64,000 bases of DNA, from assembly GCF_004010195.1 (NCBI RefSeq), contig NC_057719.1, positions 71,936,055-72,000,054 on the forward strand, in the 5' to 3' direction. The stretch's first letter is position 1. Each line of letters starts with the position of its first letter. Positions 51,195 through 63,895 of this stretch are shown here, piece after piece. Under the pieces are notes generated by a model. The model was not told where the DNA came from, did no database searches, and saw nothing but the letters and a program-made list of their open reading frames with translations. A program made the translations under genes and the position numbers. Origin of the DNA: Chiloscyllium plagiosum (taxonomy: Eukaryota).

Positions 51195-51515
51195 TGTTAC
51201 GGACTAGGCCAGACCATTCAAAACATTCTTAAGCAGGCAACCCAGACCATAACTTTGCAATTTGTTTCAGAACTTCTGAACTGAACAGCTCAGTTACAGA
51301 GCTGGCCATGCCCCCTTGAGTTATCCAGGCTACTTCTGAAAACATAAAGGCTTTGACCTAATGTCTCATCTGTTTACGTTTAAACAAGAAGGCCTTTCAT
51401 CTCTGCCCTAAACTGGTCGATGCAGAGCCTGAGTGGTTTATGACCCCTCTAAAAAAAACACAGTATCTTTGAGAAAAGGAATAGCTTTTAGACAAAAAGG
51501 ACGAGCTTTGTGACA
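51195..51515 (-). repeat. 5' LTR (321 bp, about 300-bp internal deletion)
   Basis: Matches 46202-46274 joined directly to about 46577-46829. Confidence 0.92.
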
Positions 51516-51990
51516 GTAGTGTCGTAAAAAATTGTGATTCATTTCACTAACAGGATGGCTAAGACAGGATAAAACTCTTTCCCACATCGTTCTCGTCTGC
51601 ACAGCTGCTCAAAGATCGAATTTATGTACCAACAGCCTTGATAACTCACTCTCCCATAATCTAACAAAGGAGACATTGCTGAGCCTCTTTTTCACTTGTC
51701 CCCATGTTGTGAAAATCTCCCTGAGTTCCATCGTTGAGTACAGTTAGGATGTGGTAGACATATTTTTGAACTCTCAAGTAATGCAGAGGTCAGGCAGGAG
51801 AATGGAGTTAAAACATCAAGTTAGCCTTGGAAAGAGTGAATGGTGGAGCAGACTTATTGACTGGGTAACTTTCTCTTCTTGTTTCTCACATTCTAAGTCA
51901 TAGGCTGATGAAATGAGTGAACAAATAACAGCTGAAATGTAAGCAGGAAAATGAAAGGTGTTTAGAGTCTCTGTAGCTAACATGTTTTAA

Positions 51991-52329
51991 TCATAAAATC
52001 CCTACAGTGCAGAAAGAGGTCATTTGGCCAATCGAGCCTGCACCAACACTGAGATGAGCATCCCACCCAGATCATGGCCCTGCATTTACCATGGTTAATC
52101 CACCTAGCCTGCACATCCCTGACACAACAGGGCAATCTATCACAACCAATTCCCCCAGTCTGCATTGTGGGAACTTGGACTGTGGGAGGAAACCGCAGCA
52201 CCCAGTGGAAACCCACACAGAAATGGGAAACACATGCAAATTCCACAGCGATAGTCACCCGAGGCTGGAATCAAACCTGGATCCCAGGCATTGTGAAGGC
52301 AGCACTCCTAATCAGTGAGCCACCATGCT
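51991..52329 (-). mobile_element. Full-length HE1-type SINE
   Basis: Minus strand: tggtggctcactga (A-box-like), ggtttgattcc (B box); flanked by ATCATAAAAT at 51990-51999 and 52330-52339. Confidence 0.82.
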
Positions 52330-52619
52330 ATCATAAAATTCATTCAAAATTCCCACTGATCATGTCACTACCTATTTCGGAGCCATTACTGCTTGACAGT
52401 GTTCAATCGGAAACTTTCACGTTCTTAAACAAAAACAAAATTGCCAGTGTATCAAAAATAATTAAACAAACAAAGATCTATTAATTTAATGCTTTTAGCT
52501 TATATAGCTTAAGGATTTATCTTGTAAACTCAGTTCTACATATTTTCATTGCTCCCTGGCCCCCACCCCATCAAAAATTTCTTAAGCGAGCCAAATCTAT
52601 GAAAATTCATCAAGTTTTA

Positions 52620-52913
52620 GGGTGGCGTGCCAGGGACTCAGGTTCGATTCCAACTTTGGGTGACTGTCTGTGTAAGGTTTGCACATTCTCCATGTGTCCG
52701 TTTCCTCCTGGTGCTTCGGTTCACTCTCATACTCCAAAGATGTACAGGTTAAGTGCATTGGCCATGCTAAATTGCCCATAGTCTCCAGGGATTAGCCATG
52801 GGAAATATAAGGTTAGTGGGTAGGTGGATCAGTCTGGGTGGGATGCTCTTTGGAGTGTTGGTGTGGAATTGTTGGGCTGAATGACCTGCTTCCACATTGG
52901 AGGGATTCTATGA
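52620..52913 (+). mobile_element. HE1-type SINE, A-box region deleted
   Basis: B box GGTTCGATTCC, core gtttgcacattctccatgtgtc, tail gattctatga. Confidence 0.82.
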
Positions 52914-53555
52914 TGTTGCTAGAGCTAATGTAAAGGATGAATCATAATTCTCCAGAACACACTCTGATTCTTTTCATTCCTATAGCTATATTTGAAGGAA
53001 AATGTTTAAAGAAGTGTCCTTGCATTAGATATGTGCTAAGGAAATCTTTAATTTTATCTTAACCAACACTACTACTTTGGATACCAAACATTCCAATATA
53101 TGTCTTTCAGATAAACTTAAAGTCATATTCCAAAACATATGAATCATAACCTAGATATCCGCAACAGTTCATGTTTCAAAATGTTTGCTGCACTAAATGA
53201 CAAAAGTAGTCTTGACCAAACAGTATTTATTCTTTGAAGCAATTTATACTTTAAACACCGACATTTCACCAAGCAGTAACTTCAAGTGATATATCCAAGT
53301 GTTTTTGCTCACTTTATAAATATTCCTAAATCTACCACCAGTAGATTGGATGATTCTTCACTCTTCTGACCATATCAGAACAAATCCTTAAGGATTCTAT
53401 GTCTTTGGAATGAGTCTCTTTGACTAGAGACAGACTCCCTTCTGCATCTCGCCATGGTATCCAAAACAGCCTCCTCCCTTCACTGACTGCTATCTCCAAA
53501 CTGCTATCTTTTTGGTATATATTGATTTATAGAGAAGATTGTAACCTAATCTCAT

Positions 53556-53648
53556 TAAAAACAAAGAACTGCGGCTGCTGGGAATCTGAAATTGCTGGAA
53601 AAACTCAGTAGGGTTAACATTTCGGGTCTAGTGACCCTGCTTCAGAAT
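53556..53648 (-). repeat. Penelope pLTR-derived mini-element with hammerhead-like core
   Basis: Minus strand: CTGAAGc-a-GGGTC-ACTA-GACCC-GAAA-TGTTA (53615-53645), perfect 5-bp stem II. Confidence 0.65.
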
Positions 53649-53771
53649 TCAGGGAAAGTAAAGGTTGTCGAATGAAATGTAACCAGAGGAAGGACAGCTC
53701 TCTGAACCAGCATTTATTTTTAGGAACAGTTATGGTCCAATGTTTGTGTCCCTCCGTCTAAGCCAGAAGGC

Positions 53772-53947
53772 CTGGGTTTAAGGTGACAGATTTAAAAGGT
53801 ACCTGAGGGACAAATTTTTTATACAGAGGGCGGTGCGTATATGGAACAAACTGCCAAAGGAATTTGTAGAGGTGGATACAGTTACAAAGTTTAAAAGCAT
53901 GGTACATGGACAGGAAAGATTTAGAGGGCTATGGGCCAAAAGCAGGC
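53772..53947 (+). mobile_element. CR1 3' fragment
   Basis: Collinear with about 17020-17210. Confidence 0.8.
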
Positions 53948-54249
53948 CTTCTATTCTCCGAAAGAGTTAAAATTCTGGCAAGTGTGCAACTTTAAAAGTG
54001 AAGTTAGTTGATAGCGAACAGCGTAGACATTTTTAACTGTTTCATGTGTGAATGGTCACATTCTTATGTTCCTGACACTTATGGCACCTATATCACATAC
54101 TCTCATTTCTGTTGGCTGTAAATTCTGCTTTTTATTGTCATGGCAATTGGTCTGAAAGAGAAGTGACCTTGGCACTTCTTTCAAACTTCAATTTAATAGG
54201 ACATTCATTACTTAAGCAAATTCTCTGAAAAAAAATAGTTGGGGCCATC

Positions 54250-55500
54250 TATTTTCCTTATGAATGTCTCAGTTATCTTTTCTAATATAGCTGGTTCTAC
54301 CATATTGAGCTTTTAGATTATATAACCTCCTCCTCTTCTGCATCTTTGTAATTGTGTTCTACTTAAGCACATAGGATTGGATTTTCAGACAGTGCTGGAT
54401 CTTAAGAGCTGTTGCATCCAAGAAATCCAATCTTGTGTTCTAGATGATGCAACTTCAACTTTCAATCTGCTAGGAAGGTTTTTTTTCATTTCTTCTCAAT
54501 GTGCTGATTAATCTTATTCTTATAATGTTATTTTAAATATGTATCATCACAATAATATATTGATACTTGAGCTTGTGTTCTTGTATTTGTCAATACTATT
54601 TTAAATTCAATTACTATAGATGCTGCTTAACTGTATGCAGCATTCCTTTTATTTGCCAATTTTAAAATATTCTGTACATATTACTGTATGACCTTTTTCA
54701 ACAAAGCCTTAAATTTATGGCTGGCTCATTTGACTGATCCTTTGTAAAACAATATCTCTGTTCTACTTCCTGGCTTTACCTACTTTTTAGGGCCCTCCAT
54801 CTTTTTCACTAATCATTAGAACCTGCTGACTCTAGAGATTTCCTGTAGCCAAGATGGGAGTTTTCCGCTTCTTCTTGGACTGAATGGATTTTATGCTGCC
54901 TTTCAGGATGTAAAACACAAATTACTTTCTTCTACATAAATATTTAAACTAAATTTCCCTGGCTACACCCTTTTTAAATCTTTTTGCCAAAAATGTGGCT
55001 TAATTATTGAGTTCTGGTCTGTTTAATTTTTAACTTTTCCTGACTTTTCTTCTTCTGCTAAATTCTTTCATGAGGTTTTTATTTTAAAATTGCACATTTT
55101 CAACTTAAATAAATTCTGGGGTCTTCTTATGTGTAACCTTGATATAAATTTCTTTTCTGACCCTATGCACTTGCATGTCAGGGAGCCTAATGTCAATGGC
55201 TGCGATGCTCATTCTGAGAGATGAGAACTCTCTTTTATACTCCCTTGTCTTCCTTTTCTGAACCATTTTTGCTTCATTTGCACCATTTTTCATCAAGTTA
55301 CTCACTTTTCCTTTAGGGCTTTCAAACTTTAACTTATGGAACCTTCTATAGCTTCCAACAAATCTTCCTTTGCTAATGCCTTTGTCTAAATGTGGCTGGC
55401 TTTTCTCTCTCCTGGTCCATGACTTCTTACCAGTTTGCTTTTTTTAATGGCTTCCACAACTGCTGCTGTCCCTCAGGTTTCAGCTGCTGACTGACTGTCT
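54250..55500 (-). mobile_element. Possible very old L1 relic
   Basis: A-rich minus strand with faint ORF1-like (HRVRK..) and EN-like (RLKVEVAS..TRL) traces only. Confidence 0.25.
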
Positions 55501-56889
55501 AGCTCTTCTTAAAGCAGTGATGCTCTTAAAGTGGGAAACCCTTTTGCTTAATTTTTTTTGTTTCATCTGAGCTTTCTGGATTTGTTCTCCTTGTGGTGTG
55601 GAGGTCAGAGCCACAGTGCTGCAACCATGTGATATTTAGTTTGGGATTATGTTCAGCATGGACTGGCTGGGCCGAAGGGTCTGTCTCCATGCTGTATGAT
55701 TCTATGACTCTAAGATTCTATGAGTCTTTGACCACTCCTGGTTCCTGTGGTATTTTCCACTTCTAACTCTACTGTCACCAATCCTTTTTTTTGTTTTGTG
55801 TTGAGCCTGTCTAATGATTATTGGAAGAGGATACACCACTATTGAGTATCTACAAAAGAGACATTGTTGTTTGATAACAAGAATGCTTATTGCGTGATAA
55901 CAATAAGTGTGATAGCATTTAGACTGGCATATTTGCTAGGACTTTAGGAAGATGCTACAGGTGCATCAACCTTCACTGCCACTGACTGCTCCCCTTGCGC
56001 TACATTGAGCCTGCAGGTACCATTCCAAGACGTGGAGATTTTGTGAGCTCATCCTGCTCCTGAATTGGGTGGAGGTTTTCATATGTGTACATTATGGGTA
56101 TTGCCCTTAAAAAGCTTAATCTTTCAGGCTTCTAGCTGCTTTGTATGAATGCGACTCCATTTACTAGGGAGTGTGGTTGTCAGTGTGCAAATTGCACATC
56201 AAAAGTTTTGCTGTTGTAAATTAACAAAGACACAGATTGACTCAATCCCTGATGAGTGGCTAGTTATTAAACTGTTGTGATTAATATGACAGAGGCACTA
56301 GATAATCTCTTGGAAGACCCTGGCTGGCTAACTGCTCCTGTTGAGAGTTTTCTCTTTCCCTCCATGAGCAGGTTATCAACTCCTTTGCTGCATCTACCCC
56401 TCATTCCTGACGGGAGATGGTAACTAGTGACAGTGACTGGGACTGGCTGATCTGAACAGAACTCTTGAAATCACCAGTAAGGCCTTTGCCATGAGTAGCT
56501 CCTGTTGATTTTCATCAACTTTAATCCCCGTCAAGCACTTTTACAGAGCCAATTAATCAGCAACTAACTGGAAAATTGTTTATAAACCTTTTAAATAGTG
56601 TTGATGGAGTCTCTTTCCTGCTGTTGAACAGATGTTCAACTGTGCATGATTAAGTGACAGTGTTAGCTGGAGCAGCAAGGTCAAAAAAACAGCAACATTG
56701 CTGTCAAATCAGCATGATGCACTGACTGATGTTACAATCTGCCTGCTCTTCATACTTCTTGTGCATACTTTTAACAGTCACACTTATGTTATGAGCAAGC
56801 TGGCATTCAGCACGGACTGCACTGGAAGTGTGCAAATGTGGAACAGATCCAATTGACTTTCGAAAAATACCCATGGAGCTATACAGTCA

Positions 56890-57440
56890 ACTTTTGCAAC
56901 CATTGAGAAATGCCAAAGAGTGATGCTAAATCTATATGATACTCAGCTTGGCCCAAGCTAGTGTATTTTGCCAAATCTAAGCACTAGACTTTCGGAAAGA
57001 TATGAAGGCTTTGAAAAGGGTGCAAAAAAAATTTACAACGTTAGTTCAGAAATGAAAAATAACAGATGAGAATCTGGGGATAATGTTCTTAGATCAGCTA
57101 TGATAGAGGCTATTAAAATCATGAAGGGTTTGGAAAGCAAAAGAGGAACTGTTTCAAATGACTAAAGTATCAATTAAAAAAAGGACACATCATGAGGAAA
57201 AATCTTTTTCAATAACAATTGGTTAAGAATGAGAATGCAATGCTTGATAAAACGGTGCATACAGATTCAATAGCAACCTTCAAAAGAGAATTGCATAAAT
57301 ACTTGAATGAGGAAAAAAAAAAGTTACAGGGATGCAGGGAGAAAATGAAGGAGTAATATTAACTTCATTGCTCTTTGGAAGAGCTGACACAGACTCGATG
57401 GACCAAATGGCCTCCTTCTGTATTACACTGTTTATTGTAT
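56890..57440 (+). mobile_element. Old CR1 3' fragment
   Basis: ctttgaaaagggtgcaa...attaaaatcatgaaggg...gatggaccaaatggcctccttctgt. Confidence 0.7.
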
Positions 57441-57713
57441 GATGAGCGTTGGTAATAATTTCCAGGATTTAAAGACTAATCTCCAAGACACTGCTGTAAG
57501 CAACCAAGAAGAACAATTACAAAAGCATTAAAATAATGTGCTCTTTACATTAGATTAACAAATGCGTGATGAAAAGTTTAGGGAGACAGTGTGCCGTGAC
57601 AACGAACACATCAAGCAACTAGCGATGAAGGTGGTGCATGAAATCCTAGTTTTGGGAGGATAGCTTTGGTCAATTGAAGCCAAATAAAATGAATACGATA
57701 GCTGAACATAAAG

Positions 57714-58794
57714 ATTAATTTAGATAAATGTGAGGTGCTGCATTTTGGGAAGGCAAATCAGGGCAGGACTTACACACTTAATGGTAAGGTCCTGGGGAGT
57801 ATTGCCAGACAAAGAGACTTTGGGATGTAAGTTCATATTTTCTTGAAAGCGGAGTTGCAGGTCGATAGGATAGTGCAGAAAGCATTTGTTATGTTTGCCT
57901 TTATTGGTCAGTGCATTTTGTACACCCTCTAGTTTTGGACTCCCCCACTCCAGGGAAAATACCTTCTCTATTTACCCTAACCATGCCCCTCATAATTTTA
58001 TAAACCTCTTTACGCACACCCCTCAGCCTCTGATGCTCCAGGGAAAACAGCCCCAGCTATTCAGCCTCTCCCTATAGCTCAAACCCTCCAGCCCTAGCAA
58101 CATCCTTGTAAATCTTTTATGAGCCCTCTCAGGTTTCACAACATCCTTCCTGTAGGAGGGAGACCAGAATTGCACACAATATTCCAAAAGCTGCCTAACC
58201 AATGCCCTGTACAGCTGCAACATAACCTCCTAGCTCCTATACTCAATGCACTGACCAATAAAGGTAAAGCATACCAAATGCCTTCTTCACTAACCTGTCT
58301 ACCTGAAACTCCATTTTCAAAAGCACTCCAAGATCTCTTTGTTCAGCAACATTCCCCAAGACCTTATAAGTGGAAATGTACTACCCTGATTTGCCTTTCC
58401 AAAATGCAGCATCTCATATTTATTTAAATTAAATCCCATCTGCCAATCTTCGGCCCATTGACCCATCTGATATGATGTACTTTGAGGTAACCTTCTTCAC
58501 TGTCCACTATACCTCCAATTTTGGTGTCAGAGGGGAAAGGTTTAAAAGGGACCTAAGGAACAACTTTTTCAAGCAGTGGGTGGTATGCTTATAGAATGAG
58601 CTGCAAGAGAAAACGATGGAACAATTACAACATTTGAAAGGCACCTCGATGGGTATATGATTATAAGGGTTTAGAGGGCTATGGGCCAAATTATTGCAAA
58701 TAGGACCAAATTAATTTAGGTTATTGGTTGGCATGGACGAGTTGGGCTGAAAGATCTGTGTACACGCTGGGCATCTCTATGACTCTATGACTAT
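57714..58794. mobile_element. Composite CR1 insertion with internal inversion (plus 57714-57917; minus 57925-58529; plus 58530-58794)
   Basis: The minus block runs from tgacaccaaaattgg (RT) to ccaaaactagaggg; the plus block resumes at gaggggaaagg and ends (ctatga)n. Confidence 0.88.
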
Positions 58795-61589
58795 GTTTAG
58801 GCCTATAATGGTCTTGATTATAGGAACAGACTATTTTCCATTGGGTGTAGCAATGGAGTCTTGTCACATAACATCACTACCTCCTGGGCAAATTGAATTA
58901 TGCACTGATCCTCAGAGAACCACTCCAGTTCCTGTAAACCCTTGGGTAAGTGTCCCTGTGAACATTCCTATCTCCTCTTTCCATCCTCTTCCCAAAGGTA
59001 GATTCTTAGAAGGAAACCCAATCAGAAATCGCTGCAATGCCTTTACAATTCCAAACCTTTCTGTGCTCCCAAATTATTGAGAGGAAATACAACCTGCTCC
59101 CCAAAATATTTTTCCTGGAGCTCAATACAGTTTTAGCTGACAGCAAATGATGATCCATTTGAAATGTGTTTAATGTGGTCAACGGATGTTTAGTAGATAA
59201 GAACAGGATACAGCAATTCATTGGTAGTAAGGGCAGAAAATTACATTGCCAATATAGTGGCATCATTTCAACCCAGGGGTCCTGAATATTAAATGATCTG
59301 GATGAAAGAGTGGTGAGCTGCAAGGCTGACCTTGATATTGGCATCCGGTGCACTATATCCCAGCCCACTATCTTTCATTCATGGCTCTGTTTCAGAAAGT
59401 GTTAAAACTAATTTTATTTGAAATATATGCCAAAGAAATCACTGTCCCATGAATTATTCAGAAATAGACTTAAAGTCTACTTTATTAAATGTCAAAAAAT
59501 AATGTGCTGTACAATGTTTTGTCAATTGTAAGTACTTCAGTAAATGAACCTATGAGGTATAAGAGAAAGTCGAAATCAAATATCCACTGGGTCCTTTGCG
59601 CAACGATTTTTTCTTGTTCTATAAGAGCTTGCGTGCAGTTTTTTTTAATGTTTTCATTGATGTCAAGATCCTGGTATCAAACATGATAAGCACTGCTCTA
59701 ATTTACTCCAGAGTCTCCAGCGTCTTCCTGGGCTGAATGCTTCAGCTACTGACATCGCTGTAGGACTGTTTATTCTATGCCTTATTTCACCTTTATCTTA
59801 GATGTCCCAGGATGTCAAAGGCTGTGAATTTAATATTGATATGATAAAGTACTTTTACTGTAATATGTCAGATCAAATTAGCTTCAACCACAAGGAAGCC
59901 CAAGCACTGAGCTGGGTTTGCACGCAATGTGGCTCTTCAGCTCTCCAAGAGCTCTCTGCTTAAACAAATGCTTTATTTATTAGAGTGACAGTCTGCTGTG
60001 AAAGCAGGGACAGCACACAGCCCCCAGCTATCTTTATGTCTTGTATACACAGTGCCAGTGTCCTGTGTATACATTAGGTTTGAAGATGTAAGTGGATCAG
60101 AGAGACATATCATTTGCTGGTATGTAAACAGACAGATGAGTTTATAGATCGCATTAAACCCCAGTGGCTGTAAATAGAGGAGAGAAAGGTGTGTCTTTCT
60201 GTGATCCTTCATTTCCTCCCCCTGCCCCCTCCTCCTCATTTTAACTGAATAGCAAGTTGAGAAGTCAGCATAGAGTCAGCAGTACAAAGTCTGGCTAAGG
60301 TAACTAACTTCTGCTGCTTATGCAGAAGGGAGAAAACCTAAAATTGGAGAAACACAATATTGTTTTACAGCCATTTTGCAATCAGAAAATAATTTTCTTG
60401 CTGCCTGCATAAGATGGACTTTTACATTATTGAAATCTACCCTCTCCCTCACATACGCTTTCACTCATTGTCACACAACAGTTTCTTTCTGTCCAGCCTT
60501 TCTGAATACCAGAATTTTCTTTTAAATTCAATCCATATCCAAACGCCAAACAGATTGGAGAAATGAAAACTCTTTCAATGATCACCTGTAGGAGATCTGT
60601 TTATACAAAAAACTTCAAGAATATGTAAATGAATGCTTGAGATGTGGTGAGAATGGAAAACATACAGATGGGAATGACATTGTAAACTAGAAATGTTTAT
60701 TAATATGTTACAAAGGTTTCTTCAGAATTTTAAACATCGAATTGAAGGAAAAATAAAAAATGGGCTGTCGATGCAATTTGAGTAACAGTCGCATCTGAGA
60801 TGTCAGCATTAATCAAGAGATTTAGCTAAAAAAAAGGCAAATAAAGCTGCAGACTTCAGTTTAAATGTTCAACTATGGTTTTGCAAAAATAAACTTTCTT
60901 CAACAATATAAACTTAGCTGAAGCTTGTAGCTATATCAGATTAATTATCTGTTCACTTTTGTTAGAAGGTTTACCCAGTCGTGGCTGAAATATAAAAATC
61001 CTCATTAATATGGATGGTATTTATGCAAGCAGCTGGCAGCTTGATGCATTAGTATACTGTAACACAGTTAGGCCATTATTCCCTGCAAGGTAAACTCGCA
61101 AACACTTTGGGTCATTTTAAAGGCTGGGTCAAAAATACAAGGAGAAATGTTAATGTTGTCTGTCTGGTGGAAGCCAGCCAGATATACTGTTAAATTGGTT
61201 AAATCACTTGCCGGACAATTTTCCATGTCAATCCTGCTGTCTTTAAATTTAACCTGTTCTTCTTACTAAATGGTGACCTATCTTAATAAGTGGTAACTGA
61301 AGGTGGTGGTGCTACTTTCAGCACACAGAGAAATGTCCAATTGTATCATCATTCTCAACTGCCATTTTAGTGGAATTTATTGGAGTAAAGCTGACAACAT
61401 CAATCCCGATTCAGAAGAATAAAATCGCAGAATGGTTATGGTACAGAAGGAGGCCATGCAGCATGTTAAGGTTACAATTAGCTGCATTCCTATTAAATTA
61501 TGGAAAACGATCAAGGCGTTGAATGGCTGCTGCAGCTCCTTGATCATATGTTCTAATGTTCATGTCTTCACTGATCCTCTGAAGAAGCA

Positions 61590-62085
61590 ATTCACCTGGT
61601 GACACTCCCTTACCTTTACCTCAGGGTCCAGCAAATTTGCCCTTTCAGAGAGTGATCCAATGTTTGAAAACCGTGAATCAATCAGCTTCCATCAAACTCT
61701 CAGGCATTGATCTCCTAACTACTGCTATGTGAAAATAATTTTTCCTCATGCCACTATTAATTCTTTTGGTGATTAACTTACATCTGTGCCCCATGCCTCT
61801 CAACCTTTTCATCAATGAGAACAGTTATTCCCTGTACACTTTGTCCTGATCCCTCATGGGTTTGAATGCCTCTGTCAAATCTTGGCTCTCTCTTCTCCAA
61901 AATGAACAGTCTCAGCTTCTTTAATCTAGCTACATAACCAAAGTTCCTCACTCCTGGAAGAGTTCTTGTGTATCTTTTCTGGATTCCCTCTAATGCCTTC
62001 ATATTCAAAGGGTGGTGACCAGAACGGATGTGGTATTGCAGCTGAAGATGAAACAGTGCTGTATAGAGGTTTATAGAGGAGGTCA
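61590..62085 (-). mobile_element. Old CR1 3' fragment
   Basis: LYTAL..LQY..SGHH..KALEGIQKRYTRTLPG. Confidence 0.75.
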
Positions 62086-63764
62086 ATACAAGTAAAATAT
62101 GTTTTCTTGAATTTTACTAACATTTTGAAGAAAAATCATACCACACTCAAACACTAATGCTGTTTCTCTTCAGACGTAAGTTGCCAGAACTGCTGAGTTT
62201 TTCCAGCCATTCATTTCTGTGTTTCAGATTTTCATCTTCCATAGCATTTTAGTTTTATATGACACTAGATGAAGACATGCTGAGAATGCATGATTTCAAT
62301 GTGAGATTGCTGTACAGTAGCCGGATGCTGGCTGATCCCTGCTAGTCCTGCAATTGAACCTAAGATATTGGCTCGCAGATGCTGCACTATGATTGGGTCC
62401 ACAAGTGCTGACATGGAGTTGGTCACTATTTCTAATTTCTGCCCAAAGCTCTGTGCCAAACCAGTCTGTGCTCTTTGACAATAGCTTTTTGCTAAAATTT
62501 CAAGATAGTAATCATTTCTGCATGTGCACACAGCTTTCAAGGTCCTTCTCTCAGTCCTCAGAGCAGAGCTCATGTGTGACCTCCCACACTAGTGAGCTGG
62601 TATCTGTGTATCCTTATCCACTGCCCAAGCTGCTGGTCAATTTGTGGAATATCACAATTCTTCGGATACTTTTTGCTCATCACAAATTGCTGGACAATCT
62701 ACACATGAACTACAGCGAGTCATTTTGTGGCAACAAAACCCAACACAATCAATTTGGTGGGGGAGATTATTTTCCTTCACATTCTCTTCCATAATCAACA
62801 AGTCATTTGTGCCCCTCCACCACATATTCAGCATTGCATTTGTAGGATTAACTATCATTGAGAAACAATCAACCATTGACGAGCTGCTTCACAGAATGAG
62901 ACACTTAAGTGAACTAGATTGAAATAGATGCGTTTTAGACAGAGGTTAGGAAGAACCTGTTTACTTCATTTCCACGCACAATATTAGTCCATCATTTAAA
63001 CTGTAAATTCATTGTCCCTTTTTTCATGTAATTTTAATAACAACAGACCTGGATTTATATAGCACCTTTAACATAATAAAATGGTCCAGAGATCATTAAG
63101 TAAACACCAATCGAAACATATTGAAGAACACAGAGGCCTCTCACCAAGGCAAAAAGATAAGAATTTTTTTTGTGAAAGACTGAGAAAAATATCTGAAAGC
63201 CTAGTCAGATTTGCTCGTAAAGGAACAGCTGCTTTATGCAAAGTAATGGCAAATAATCATTATTCAGAACCCACCTCCAGATCATTCGAACATGTTCTCA
63301 TCCAGCACTTGTGCAAAAAATCTTTGAGACCAGAATTGTAATCACATAGTCTACTGACATAGAACTCACAATAAAAGAATTAAATTATTCAAATTAAGTT
63401 GTGACCCTGTTTTTAAGAAGAATCCATAGGCTGTTGGCAGGAAATAACAGACTTAAATGTTTTTAGCATAATTATACTAAAGCTCAATCAAATCAAACTG
63501 CTGGTTATCCCGCTTCTGTGATAAGGCAGAATGAAGGATTCGATTAGCTTTCTGTCCTCACACTGCACAGTGCACCAACCTGTCCAAGTTTAACAAGAAG
63601 GGAACTGGGTGACTAGACTCTCATACGCCCAGCACGTAATCAGTCAACTGTCCCCTAATGTGGGTAACAGCTGGGATTGGGCTTTCAAGCAGGAGACTAA
63701 CAAGGGAGTTCAGGTGTAAACAATCCTGCTTTTGCTACTTCCGCAAAGAAAGTAACTTTAATAA

Positions 63765-63895
63765 TAGCAAAAAACTGTGAATGCTGTAAATCTGAAACAA
63801 ACACAGAGAACGCTGGAGAAACTTAGCAGGTCTGGTAGCATCTGGGAAGAGAGAAACAGAGTTGATGTTTGGAGTCCATACTATTTTTCAGAACT
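63765..63895 (-). repeat. Degenerate Penelope pLTR-derived repeat
   Basis: Reverse complement of the 5101-5200 type motif; ttctgaaaaa...ctccaaacatcaac core remnant. Confidence 0.5.

Larger units (their letters stand above)
46202..51515 (-). mobile_element. Gmr1-like Gypsy LTR retrotransposon, both LTRs present, decayed
   Basis: TGT...ACA LTRs at 46202-46829 and 51195-51515; TSD GTAG at 46198-46201 and 51516-51519; PBS, PPT; gag-knuckle-PR-IN-RT-RNaseH. Confidence 0.95.

Noticed and set aside
46202..51515. Endogenous retrovirus or Copia element
   Set aside because: No env gene; RT, RNase H and GPY/F integrase motifs are Gypsy-type despite the domain order and the Pro-like PBS
62393..62922. 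133-aa and 92-aa ORFs
   Set aside because: No recognisable homology or splice context
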